The position numbers and the translations under genes are program-made. This document shows positions 25,358 to 36,561 of a stretch of 64,000 nucleotides of DNA, piece by piece. How positions within the stretch are numbered: the first letter of the stretch is position 1; every line of letters begins with the position of its first letter. The DNA is from Tubulanus polymorphus (Eukaryota > Animalia > Nemertea): contig NC_134033.1 in the NCBI RefSeq assembly GCF_964204645.1, forward strand, positions 2,314,131-2,378,130. Direction: 5' to 3'. Below the pieces are notes generated by a model, which saw only the letters and a program-made list of their open reading frames with translations, was not told the DNA's origin and did not search any database.

Positions 25358-26224
25358 CTGGAAAAATAATTTTCGACCGAATCGAAAATTTAACAAAATC
25401 TTCAAACCACTTATTCATGAGGCTTTTAATCAATTTTATTGATTATTCTATATTTTACGTTATGTTATACAATTGTAAATACTTCTTGATGTCCCTCTGT
25501 ATACCTCTCATCGAGGTGATGAGTGTAAATAAATTTCAATTTCAATTTCAATTCATTAACAAAGGTCTGGGCTTCAAATCGTTCATTCTCGGAGTTTTAA
25601 AGGAGAAAATTTCAAGAAAGTGTAGGCATCACTTTCATATTCTCAATTACTGTAGACTACTCCTAAATCGGTACTGTTTATCTCAGTTAACCGTTAATTC
25701 GGTGATTTTTGTAAGCAAATTTCTATTCTATTCATTACCTTAACCCGGTTTCTAATTCGGTAAGAAAAAAAAAATCCGCTCGCGATTGTATCAATTTACG
25801 GGTAGCTTCTAAACAGCTAAAAACTGGACAAGAATTCCTACTTATTTCTCTCAAAATTGGAGGAGTTTCGGGCATTTTGCTCAAATCAAAAGAGTTTCAA
25901 GCACCTATTAAATTTTTGATTTATTAGAAGGAAACCAGGGGACAGTCGTGACTTAAGTACAAAAGTGGTCTTGGTTAGATTAGCTATAGAACTAAGTTGG
26001 TCTTAGACTGGTCTTAAGTCTAAGCCATGACTATGCAACTGGCCCTGAAGTCCGAAAGTGGTCTTCATTCTTAAGACTGGTCTTAAGTTGTGAGATTGGC
26101 TATCGAACTAAGTTTGTCATATAGAACTAAGCCATGACTATGCAACCTGCCACTGAAGTTATAGCGGCCCGAGTCACGACCCCACAACTGGGGCGCGGCA
26201 CTGCGTCACTCGACAAATACTGAC

Positions 26225-26365
26225 CGTCGCTGGTGCAAGATCGACGCGATTTCGAACGTTCTTCCTGCCATTCGTGCCACGTTTCGTCGTCCGCCGATAA
26301 AACGATACTATCCAATAATCCTTTATGATTCCAGATGCACTCGATCAGCGTTCCTTCCGGAATAT
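26225..26365 (-). CDS. Constant exon of the zinc-finger locus (alternative acceptor possible at 26430)
   Basis: DIPEGTLIECIWNHKGLLDSIVLSADDETWHEWQEERSKSRRSCTSD; phase-1 donor G|GTCAGT joins 25357 in frame. Confidence 0.65.
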
Positions 26366-26505
26366 CTACAATTACATACAACACAATACACATATATACC
26401 CTATTCAAAGATTTAGACTTCTTCGTCATCCTACAATATAGTGCAAAATGGATTAAAAAACCTATGTCTTAGATCTGTATAATATACCTTTACTGGTCCT
26501 ATTAA

Positions 26506-26905
26506 CCCTTTCAGTGCGTCTACACCGCAGTGCGTTGTATAAATCAGTGATTGACTTTGCTAGTACACCCCATTGCACATTTCAAATACATTTACATAAA
26601 ACAAACAGGGGAAATTCCGGTAGAGGTTTAACCCTTTCAGTGCTTCTTCACCGCAATGCATAAATCAAAGATAGATTTTGCTAGTACGCCGCACTTAGGT
26701 GCATTGATGTAATTAGTTATCTCTTTCGAAAAATGGCAGCACCTGTCAAACATAGTGAAATACTAGTCACTAACGATACGCCGCACCGTGGTGTAGATGC
26801 ACTATAGAGGTATTCCCGTTATTCAACACACTAGGGTGGAATTTTTTTAAATTTTCAAAATTATCTCCAGCACTATAGGGTATTGATTAGTCAACACTGA
26901 AAGTG
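26506..26905. mobile_element. Partial or nested copies of the piggyBac-like MITE
   Basis: TTAACCCTTTCAGTGC starts near 26502 and 26628. Confidence 0.6.
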
Positions 26906-27050
26906 TGAAGACCTATATCATAAGGTAAATAATACCAAACCTGACTGGGCTAGGCCAACTGATATATGCTCTCGAGCTACGTTGAAATTCAGCGCAAGTT
27001 GTGCAATTGAGAAATGTTACCCTGCAACCTTCGAAGCATTTCGAACTTAC

Positions 27051-27134
27051 CTAACGTTAAATTCGATAATACGACCATTTTTTATTCGATGTTTTATACG
27101 TTCGCAGCTCGCGTGAAAAACTAAACCAAATCCT
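27051..27134 (-). CDS. Probable start-codon exon of the zinc-finger locus (ATG at 27078, MVVLSNLTL)
   Basis: Long polyT-CAG acceptor and TAG|GTAAGT donor; AAAAATGG context with upstream in-frame stops; phase 1 joins 26365 in frame. Confidence 0.55.
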
Positions 27135-27267
27135 CTGAAAAAAAAAAAAAACATTTTCAGTTATACCGAGAAACACTTTTTCTACAGGGGGCCAATTTTG
27201 ACTTGCTTATTCCGTAACATGAACGTGATTTTCCCCGACTTGATCTGCTAAGAATCCAATCAATTAA

Positions 27268-27526
27268 CCCTTTCAGTGCAACCCTTTCGGTGATTGATTT
27301 TGCTAGTACACCGCACTGCGGTGTATTGATGTAATTAGTAATTATCTCTCTTGTAAAATGGCAGCACCTGTCAAAAATAGTGGAATACTAGTAACTAACG
27401 ATACACCGCACCGCGGTGTAGATGCACGATAGTGCTATTCACGTTATTCAACAGACTAGGGTGGAATTTTTTAGAATTTTCAAATTATCTCCAGCACTTA
27501 AGGGTATTTAGTCAGCACTGAAAGGG
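27268..27526. mobile_element. piggyBac-like MITE with TTAA target-site duplication
   Basis: TTAA|CCCTTTCAGTGC ... GCACTGAAAGGG|TTAA. Confidence 0.8.
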
Positions 27527-27776
27527 TTAACAGTCAAATACGCAAGACATGAAAACCGTTTGATTTTACAAAGTGGCTATAATTACGGCTTCGTCAATTC
27601 GACACTTACGACGGTTTTATATTGAATTTAGAATAACGGTTTTGAGAGGAGAGGATTAGTGTCAAGAGGGTGAGAAGAGGGTCCACTGGGTTAGGGGTAA
27701 GGGTCCGTTTTACCCCCTAGGGATAGGATTAGGGTAAGGTGAGGCTATATGTAGTTAAAACATTCGGTTGGTTTTC

Positions 27777-27945
27777 AGCGAGCCTGGTGGTCTAGTGGTA
27801 TGATGCTGCCCTAGTAATTTACTCGCCCGGGTTCGCGTCTCGCTCTATTTTCTCTTAACTCTATTCTCCACACTTGCCATGAATTTTCTAAGTCGCGCAC
27901 CTCAGTGCGCGTGCGCAACGTGAATAAGCCAATCAGAATAAAAAC
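27777..27945 (+). mobile_element. tRNA-derived SINE
   Basis: A-box TGGTCTAGTGG, B-box-like GGTTCGCGTC; body similar to the inverted copy at 60675-60835. Confidence 0.6.
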
Positions 27946-29692
27946 GTCTTAAGTAAAGCTATGATCATCGGTCTATGGCGTCATAAATATAGCCCGAGCT
28001 AAATCGGACGAGTAGTTGCTGAGTACTGAGTGGTTAAAGTGCCGACTGAGCGCCAGTCGGCAATTTCGACGTAAAATAACGACTACGTGACTGGGTGGTT
28101 CACGCGAGCTCTTTAGTATAGGCAGTATACGGAGCTCCGCGAACCGGCCATTCTCAGGACTCGGTGAACTATTATACAAACCCAAAATTCTCTGGTTGTT
28201 TAAGAACATAAAATACCCTAACTCTTCCCTGTGTTATACAGTTAGTGGCCACCCAGTACTAACAAAATGATGAAATTTTTATCTTACTTTTTCAGGAGTC
28301 AGATCAAACATAGACAAATTGATAATATAATTTTCCTAAAATCTGAAATTTCTAGACAAGGTTGAAACTTAAGGAAAAAAATGTTAAGATTTACACGAAC
28401 AACAGTCAACTTTTTACAGCACATTCAACCAAAAAAATCTATAGCAAATTGGAAATTGAAACACTGGATTGATTCCAAACAAGCAAGACGCGGTATTCGT
28501 GGCGCCATCTACAAGTAGAACGCGTCACCACAAAGGAAAATGGACGCCATTAATTTGCAACATTTTAAATCTTGTTTATCGGTTGAAATAAAGCGATTTA
28601 ATTCACCTAAACTATCCGTTCGGCTGCTCCGAACTTTACTTCATCTCAAGACACCCGATCCGCGGTTAATGTCGCTTGAATTGCGCTCGATTTGAGGTTG
28701 TTTTCCGTTGCAAATTTGCCCGCTTCGGCTCAAGTTGATAACGCGCTCAGCGCCGCCTATCCGTTTGAATTGCGCTGTTGTCGAAAATGGGTTGGCTCCG
28801 AGATTATACGGATCGGGGTAGACATTCGCGTCGAGCCTCCGATATCCGTTGTCGGTACAGAGTTCGTTTGTTAGCGCCGTTACGTCGGTTCCGATCCTGG
28901 TTTCCAAAGGCTGAGTTGCTCATTCAGCATTCAGCACCACTTGAAACGATTGCAGAACCTCGCTTATTTGTCAGTCGACCCGAATTGCTAAATTTCCATC
29001 GCGCGTCCCCACCCGCCAGTTCCACTAGTCAATGACTTGAAGTTTGGAAACATCATCAAAATAACTTTAAGTTTGTAAACATCATGAAAATGAAACACGC
29101 AATATTCCAGCCAAACAGTCATCCGAGATTCCATGTGATGTCGGCTGTCCAGAAAACCAGAATTCGTCTTGGAAATTCAAGATCCGAACGACGTAAAAGC
29201 AGTGAGGCCTATATCAGTTTTGAATGATTTACAGTTTACTAGAATTTGAGTTTTTTATTCTCGACTTTCAATGTATATTTTGTGGGGTATAACGGTCAAA
29301 ACAGGGGTTGTCCCGAATACAATACCCGTATAGTTTGAGTTTTTGTTATGGCTTCATCGTAGGGTAAGTCTACGAAACCGTGAAGATCCGAACGTGAAGC
29401 AAAATACACTTAAACAATAAATTCTATCGCATAAGAATCAATAGAGGAACTTTTAGATTATTTACAGTTGATACGGGTCAGAATATTTTATCAATCATTG
29501 GCTTGTATATCAAGCGTATGGTATCAATACAAGCGACGCCCTAAAAACAATACTATTGTTTGGGTTTGCCAACGAAAGGGAACCTTTCTTGCGCAATAAT
29601 TTTAATATACCACGACATTCATCATTTACCCGCTGTAGCTGCATTTTCATATAAGTTAGGGATGGGTACACACGTATCTATGGATTTTATTG

Positions 29693-30634
29693 TTACAATC
29701 TACAGCGGATTTTTGCGCAGAAATATTCGCGAATTTCTCGTCCCAGTAAAAGATATATGTAGAAATTCACCACATAGTTACAAAGATGGAATTGTGTTGA
29801 AAAATCGAATAGAAATTCTCTTCGTCCAGAAGTTATCGGTAACAATGACGTAATTGTTGTTGGAAGTGTAAATATTGCGAACGCCAGTGAAACTGTTACG
29901 AGCATTATTGTCGTACGTTTTGATTTGGTAGTTTTCTGATCGGACGAAACCATTTTTGAACCTCTGAATAAATGAATGACTATAACAGAATTCGACGTGA
30001 GAATCATGGTTAAAGGTATGACGTGATTGTGGATGACAATTGTGGCAAAAAATGTATATTGGTCGATTAATTCATAGTAACATCCGAATAGCTGGTCGTT
30101 AAAATGTATCGACAAAGCAGGCGTGAGATACATAAACAATACATTCACTGCGGTAATTATCAATGTGGCAAATCTAGCGAATCTCGGTGTACATATCAAA
30201 CGAGATGTGAACGGGAAGAGCACAACTGCCCCTCGTTCTAGAGATATCGCTACTACCAACCACGAACTTATACAGGATGCAAGCGCCATTACAAATTCAT
30301 AGATTTTACAACCAATCAGTGAATTCATCATGTATATAGGATCAGTGTTCAGATTCAAGAGAACAAACTGTAAAACAGGCATCAGCGTGTAGTTGAAGCA
30401 GAACGTGAAATCACTGAGAGACAAAACGATCAGATAGTTAGCGTAAGACAAACCGCGGAATCTGCGACTTATCATTATCAGGAAAGTAGCCGAATTTCCG
30501 AAAGCTCCCAACAGGAACAGGACAGGCAGAACGACCAGTGACACAGTACGGTAGATTCCAGATCTGGTCATCATTGACATGAGAACGATGTAACCGTTGT
30601 AAGTTCGACCAATTTGCATCTTAGTTGAATTCAT
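29693..30634 (-). CDS. Intronless class A (rhodopsin-family) GPCR, orphan peptide-receptor-like / putative chemoreceptor, copy 1
   Basis: Seven hydrophobic segments, GN in TM1, LSLSD in TM2, SLER (DRY equivalent), NFYIY (NPxxY equivalent). Confidence 0.92.
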   Translation of the reverse strand: MNSTKMQIGRTYNGYIVLMSMMTRSGIYRTVSLVVLPVLFLLGAFGNSATFLIMISRRFRGLSYANYLIVLSLSDFTFCFNYTLMPVLQFVLLNLNTDPIYMMNSLIGCKIYEFVMALASCISSWLVVAISLERGAVVLFPFTSRLICTPRFARFATLIITAVNVLFMYLTPALSIHFNDQLFGCYYELIDQYTFFATIVIHNHVIPLTMILTSNSVIVIHLFRGSKMVSSDQKTTKSKRTTIMLVTVSLAFAIFTLPTTITSLLPITSGRREFLFDFSTQFHLCNYVVNFYIYLLLGREIREYFCAKIRCRL

Positions 30635-30890
30635 GATTCAGACGATAATCAAGCATTGAAGGTGTGGACTGACAGTCTCAATAGATTGACGCTAATGAAA
30701 CTCACAATTTATTGTTGGGATCAAATGAAAAATCGATTCTCAGAAACCGAACACAATCGACTCCGATTTACGAAAGTATGTTATTTGTATAAAGATACAA
30801 ATTCATCTAGATTAAAGATCCATATTTGTTGTACACGAATTCATCGTAAATGGTGAAATATTGATGACGGGGTCTAATACTAAAACATCT

Positions 30891-31002
30891 GGGCCCGGCT
30901 TTATAGACTGGTATTTACTATAACCCGGTAGTTAACTTGACTGAAAATGATTTGAGTTAGCCCCCCGGGTTAAAGATAATACCAGTCCATAAAACTGAGC
31001 CC
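30891..31002. mobile_element. Short MITE-like element (related copy near 55100-55193)
   Basis: GGGCCCGGCTTTATAGACTGG ... CCAGTCCATAAAACTGAGCCC inverted ends. Confidence 0.55.
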
Positions 31003-31902
31003 TGATCAGGTATAGAAAATGTCTATCAGTTCTAAGCAGGAAAATAGCTTTAGTAGTTCATTATTCATACAACGTAACAATACCCGCTATTATTAATTTG
31101 AAAACAACGATATAATAACAATGACATTGACATGAATTTTCAAGGAGTCTCAGTTCATAATTGTAGTTCAAAGGATTTTCAATTTTGCAATATGAGCGAA
31201 ACAAGAACTTGATTACAACAACATCAAAAACAACAGCAATATTGACTGGAATTTTCAAGGGATAGGAATTGAAAACATGAGAAAACAATGAATTAACTGC
31301 TGGAAGATACCAGTCGGTCATAACGGGATCCAAGTCGAAGGGAGGGAGGGGGCTTGTCCGTGGGGGTCAGGACACCTCAATATAATTTTGAGGGTCCCTT
31401 AGAAATTCCATACTGAGTATTTTCTGGGGGAAAATCAAAACTTCACTTATCAAATATCCGGATCCTAAAGGAAGCGAAATTTCGAATTTTTGATGATAGT
31501 TGATATCAGCAACGAAATGCATGGCGAAGCTTCGGAAAAGGCCCTAAAGTTCTGAAGTTGACACCCCTTCCTGAGTTGTACGGTGGCTGAATCTGGCCAC
31601 ATTGAAAAAAGATGACACTCGATCTCCATCAACTTTTTGCTTAATACAACGATAACCACACTCAAACGTGGTGAACGGATAATAAGATAAAAACCCACTA
31701 TCGTCAGGTCACACCTGACGATGATCTCTAAGCTGAGATCGAAACGTCGTGTATTCTACATATTTTAGATTGAATAAATTCTTGTTTTTAAATTCTTTTA
31801 ATCTGTAGATAGTGGGTTTCTATCTTACTTTTTGCTTTATTACACGCCACGTTAAAACCAGTTTTTTCTACTCAACCACACGTTGAAGACTGATGTTTAG
31901 GC

Positions 31903-31975
31903 GCCTCCGTAGCCTAATGGATATGGCATCGGCCTCCTAAGCCGGGGGTTGCGGGTTCGAGTCCCGCCGGGGGTA
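31903..31975 (+). tRNA. tRNA-Arg(CCT)
   Basis: 73 nt GCCTCCG...GGGGGTA, anticodon loop CTCCTAA, GGTTCGAGTCCC T-loop, downstream TTTT. Confidence 0.93.
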
Positions 31976-32273
31976 CATTTTACTTCCTTCTTCACTCCCG
32001 GCAGGTGTGGTGGTATTTTCTAAAGGTCAAGAGTTCTTAAGTGGCATTGAAGATGATTGATTAAGTGGCATAGCATAAATATTAAAAAAGAAAACGCGGT
32101 GCTCGAATATGTCATATTTCATTTTAAGTTGTGACCCGAATAATAAAATTGTGTATGTCAAATCCCTGCATGTAATTCAACTAGATGTAGTCGACTCGGA
32201 TTTGTCGAACCGTTAGCTCGTATGAACGGAAACCATTACTAGTCTAGCGTTGAACAAAATTCAACGGTTGAAA

Positions 32274-33227
32274 TCAATGGTTATTTGTCTGAATATTTCT
32301 ACAGCGAATTTTCGCACGGAAATATTCGCGAATTTCTCGTCCCAGTAAAAGATATATGTAGAAATTGACGACGTAGTTACAAACGTGGAATAGCGTGAAA
32401 ATGTCGAGTAGAAAATCTCTCCGTCCAGACGATATTGGTAAAAATACGATTATAGTAGTTGGAAGTGTAAATATTGCGAATGCGAGTGAAACTGTTACGA
32501 GCATTATTGTCGTACGTTTTGATTTGGTAGTTTTCTGATCGGACGAAACCATTTTTGAGCCTCTGAATAACTGAACTATTATAACAGAATTCGATGTTAT
32601 GATCAAAGATAAAGGTATTAAGTGAATGTGGATGACGATGATGGAGAAATGTCTTATTTGGTCAGATAGTTCATAGTAACATCCGAAGAACTTTTCGGAA
32701 AACTGAATCGACAAAGCAGGCGTGAGATAAATAAGCAGTACATTCACTGCGGTAATTATCAGTGTGGTAAATCTAGCGAATCTCGGTGTACATATCAAAC
32801 GAGATGTGAACGGGAAGAGCACAACTGCCGCACGTTCTAGAGATATCGCTACTATAAACCATGAACTGATGCAGGACGTCAGACTCATCACAAATTCATA
32901 GATTTTGCAACCGATCAGTGAATTGATAATGAATATTGGACCGTTGTTAAGATGCGAGCGAACAAACTGTAAAACAGGCATCAGCGTGTAGTTGACGCAG
33001 AACGTAAAATCACTGAGAGACAAAACGATCAGATAGTTAGCGTAAGATAAACCGCGGAATCGGCGACTTATCATTATCAGGAAAGTAGCCGAATTGCCGA
33101 TGGCTCCTAAGAGGAACACGACAGGCAGAACGACCAGTGACACAGCACGGTAGATTCCAGATCTGTGCACAACAGACATGATGACAATGTTACTAACATA
33201 ACTTCGACCAATTTGAGTTGAATTCAT
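32274..33227 (-). CDS. Intronless class A GPCR, copy 2
   Basis: Paralog of 29693-30634 with the same motifs. Confidence 0.92.
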   Translation of the reverse strand: MNSTQIGRSYVSNIVIMSVVHRSGIYRAVSLVVLPVVFLLGAIGNSATFLIMISRRFRGLSYANYLIVLSLSDFTFCVNYTLMPVLQFVRSHLNNGPIFIINSLIGCKIYEFVMSLTSCISSWFIVAISLERAAVVLFPFTSRLICTPRFARFTTLIITAVNVLLIYLTPALSIQFSEKFFGCYYELSDQIRHFSIIVIHIHLIPLSLIITSNSVIIVQLFRGSKMVSSDQKTTKSKRTTIMLVTVSLAFAIFTLPTTIIVFLPISSGRRDFLLDIFTLFHVCNYVVNFYIYLLLGREIREYFRAKIRCRNIQTNNH

Positions 33228-34159
33228 GATTAACTTAAATCAAGCATTGAAGGCGTGGACCGTCAGTCTCAATAGATCGACGCTAATGAAACTCACAATT
33301 TATTGTTCGGATCAAATGAAAAATCAATTCTCGGAAACATAACACAATTTACTCAGGTTTAGGAAAGTTTATTCTTTGTGTAAAGATGTAAATCTGTCTG
33401 GGTTAAAATCAATGTTCGTCGTACAAGAATTCACGTTTAAGATGGTAGAATATCGATAAACGAGGTAATATATACATATATCGTAACGGGTTGGAAAATT
33501 TGTATCGCTTCTATACAGGAAAATCTAGCTTTAGCTATCATTATTCAACTACATGGTATAGTATAGTCAGGGAAGTGTCATCACACTTCCCTGGTATAGT
33601 ATAGTATCAGTATACAATTCAGTGCAGTGCAGTGCAGTGTAGTGCGGTATCAGTGCAGTGCAGAGCATAGCATAACATTGCAAAGAATATCATAGCACAG
33701 CATGTATATCACAGTTGTACAAACTGGTCTCAGATCGGATGGAAAATGCTACGTAGGTTCAAAGGCAATAGTAGCCGCTATCACTCTTTGATTACAGCAC
33801 CATCAAAAACACTGACCGGGATTTTCATAAGTGCAGTTCTTTATTAGTTCCAATTAAGGGTAATTCCTGATGATGTCATTGTAGGAAAAACAAGAACTTA
33901 GGTATAGCTGAAGATACGGATATTGAAAACATGAGAAATCATTTGAATCATTACTCCAAGCTGGAACCTACTTGAGGGTCTCGTGAAAATTGCAGACTTA
34001 GTATTTTCTGGAGATCTAAGCTCAAAATTGAATTTCTGAACGACCCGCTAAAATATCGTGATATACATGAAAGCGAATCGCTTTTCGTTTAAACGCCACG
34101 TTAAAACCAGTTTTCGTTCTAGTACGACCTTCACTTCATACGACCTTCACTTCATCGGC

Positions 34160-34232
34160 GCCTCCGTAGCCTAATGGATATGGCATCGGCCTCCTAAGCC
34201 GGGGGTTGCGGGTTCGAGTCCCGCCGGGGGTA
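34160..34232 (+). tRNA. tRNA-Arg(CCT), identical to 31903-31975
   Basis: Same 73-nt sequence followed by CATTTT. Confidence 0.93.
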
Positions 34233-34749
34233 CATTTTACCAATCCCTAGAACAGGAGAACAGTCTCAAAATCCCTACAATCAAAGCAAACTTTTTAACG
34301 CCACAATGAAGCCAACTTTTCTTGAGTGGCATTCAAACGAAAAAGACCACGTTGAAGCGAAATTTTTTGTTTAAACATGCTGTTGAATGAAACAAAACAA
34401 AAGGTAAAATATCTTTTAATAGAAAATGGTGGAGCTTGAATGTCACATTTTTCAATGTAGCCCGAATTAGCCACTATAGATTTGTGTATGCTACAGGCTT
34501 AGGGAATAGTGTCATTTTTCTACACGTGTTTCAACTAGAATGTACTTCATTCGTATTCGGAATGTCAAACCGTCAGTTCAATCTACGTATGAACGCACAA
34601 AAATATTTTCCACTCCACAAACGACAAGTTCCACAAACTCTCACAGAGTATAGCTTTCACCAAACGACAAGCCGTGCAGATAATGATAGGGCTTGTTTCG
34701 ACTGTTCGTCTAGATCGTAGGGTTCACGCCCGGCGTCTGAAATATCATC

Positions 34750-35739
34750 ATGGAACGCATTCAATGGTTCAACGAATCGGTTGCTCAGAAATGTTTCCCT
34801 ACAAGACGCGTTGTATGGAATCTGGTTTCGGTTATTATGATCGGTACAATAGGATGGTGCGGTATCTTCGCTAACACCGTCACTATCTTCGTCTTGTACC
34901 GTTTACATAAACTGAACCAGCCCGCCACTTCATATTTCATACTAATGTTACTCGCCCTCTTTGACGATATAGCTAGCGTGGCAACCGTTATGTACAATCA
35001 GTTGACTTGGGTGTTGAAAATCAGCCGTCACGGAAAAATGGGATTGTTTTTAGACAGTTCAAAAGCGGCCCCTGAACTTTACATAGCGGGTAACTTGCTC
35101 TTAAAATGGACATCTTACACTCGTAACAGTTTAACGGTACTAGTGACGATCGACCGCGCGTTTAACATTTGTTTTCCATTTAAAGCTAAAAGACTTTGGA
35201 AGTTAAAGCAATGTAACGTCGTTTTTACGGCATTCTTTATCGTGTGGACGGCGCTGTTTTGTTTTCGCGCCCAAGACAGGGTTATCGTGTACATCATTAA
35301 CGAATGCACGTTCGGCAGGCGTATGCTCGGTGTCAAAACTATCTATAATCAACACAGGACAGTAAGTCTTCTGCAAAATATCTTCTCGACTTACATACCC
35401 GTTGCGCTCGTACCGATGTTGAACTTAATTATGGTCCTAAGTTTAAAGAGACACGGCGAGGATCGTAATAAACTAACTGGTCCCAGAACTGATAATCAAA
35501 ATAAACAGACCAGCGGAGCTTCGAGAATGGTGTTTATAGCGTCTGCTATATTCGTGGTTTTGAATCTGCCCGATATAGTTTACAATATACTGAATCTTAT
35601 GCCGAATCTAGTTATATGGCCTTTATTGCTTACAAACGACGTTTGTCAAGCGCTGAACTCCAGTGTCAACGGTATTTTCTATTTCATTTACAGCCCGAAA
35701 TTCAAACAAGAACTGAAATCTCTATGGGGTAGCTACTAG
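34750..35739 (+). CDS. Intronless class A GPCR, divergent from the flanking cluster (FMRFamide-receptor-like family)
   Basis: GIFAN TM1, LALFD TM2, TIDR, ICFPFKAK ICL2, LNSSVNGIFY TM7, SPKFKQEL helix 8. Confidence 0.9.
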   Translation: MERIQWFNESVAQKCFPTRRVVWNLVSVIMIGTIGWCGIFANTVTIFVLYRLHKLNQPATSYFILMLLALFDDIASVATVMYNQLTWVLKISRHGKMGLFLDSSKAAPELYIAGNLLLKWTSYTRNSLTVLVTIDRAFNICFPFKAKRLWKLKQCNVVFTAFFIVWTALFCFRAQDRVIVYIINECTFGRRMLGVKTIYNQHRTVSLLQNIFSTYIPVALVPMLNLIMVLSLKRHGEDRNKLTGPRTDNQNKQTSGASRMVFIASAIFVVLNLPDIVYNILNLMPNLVIWPLLLTNDVCQALNSSVNGIFYFIYSPKFKQELKSLWGSY

Positions 35740-36561
35740 TTCGGAATGACTGTAGAACGATAGCCCCCCCCTCACCTCGGAATTGTCCCCGATATTATAA
35801 CCTCCCCACGGTCAAATAGACTTCACCGTACCTGATCCTGGGGGTTTGGGTGGTGGTGTCCGTGGAGGTCAGGACACCACACTAAAATCTCGAGGCGGTC
35901 CCTTATAAATTCCAGACTGAATATATTTCTTAAATGAGACTTCTTCAAACATTTTTTTCTAAATTCGTTCTTATTCATGCAATATTGACACGAATGAGAA
36001 ATGTTTTATTCATTTATCAATGTTTATTTATATATTTATTTGGTAACAAACTCTCAACTTGGGTCGCCCTAAATACAATATCTTGTGATGTGTCACAAAA
36101 ATCGAAAGATTTTAAGAGTGTTGCATAATCAGTTTAATCTCACAGCGTGAACAATATTCATTATTTACCCACTGATAGTTACAGGTTTTATAGAAGTTTA
36201 TATTTTGATCAATCCCAATTTTCATTACGCATAATTAGCGGCATGAACATATTAAGTTTCTCTACACTGGGACATCTATATCAATATTGTAGATTTCTAT
36301 TGACCAATTCACTGCATGCAGCTTCAGCGTCACATGAGTGACTTGCTCAGTTCAAATCACTTCTCACTGCCATCTCTAAGCTGTTTTTATCTTTAAAAAT
36401 GCTTCTACCTTCATCTTTTTCTACCGCATCAATTTTAGTCAACATCGACGAGATTATGACCAATGCTAGTTTTTGAAAACAGAAAGATATTTTTATTTGC
36501 TTTAATTTCATGTCGGGTAAAGTTGCGCGTTGAGTGAAGAACCAAACTTAAACATCAATGG

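Noticed and set aside
28641-28907. 88-aa minus-strand ORF as first coding exon of the zinc-finger gene
   Set aside because: TTG start and in-frame stop before the candidate donors; more likely 5' UTR or promoter.
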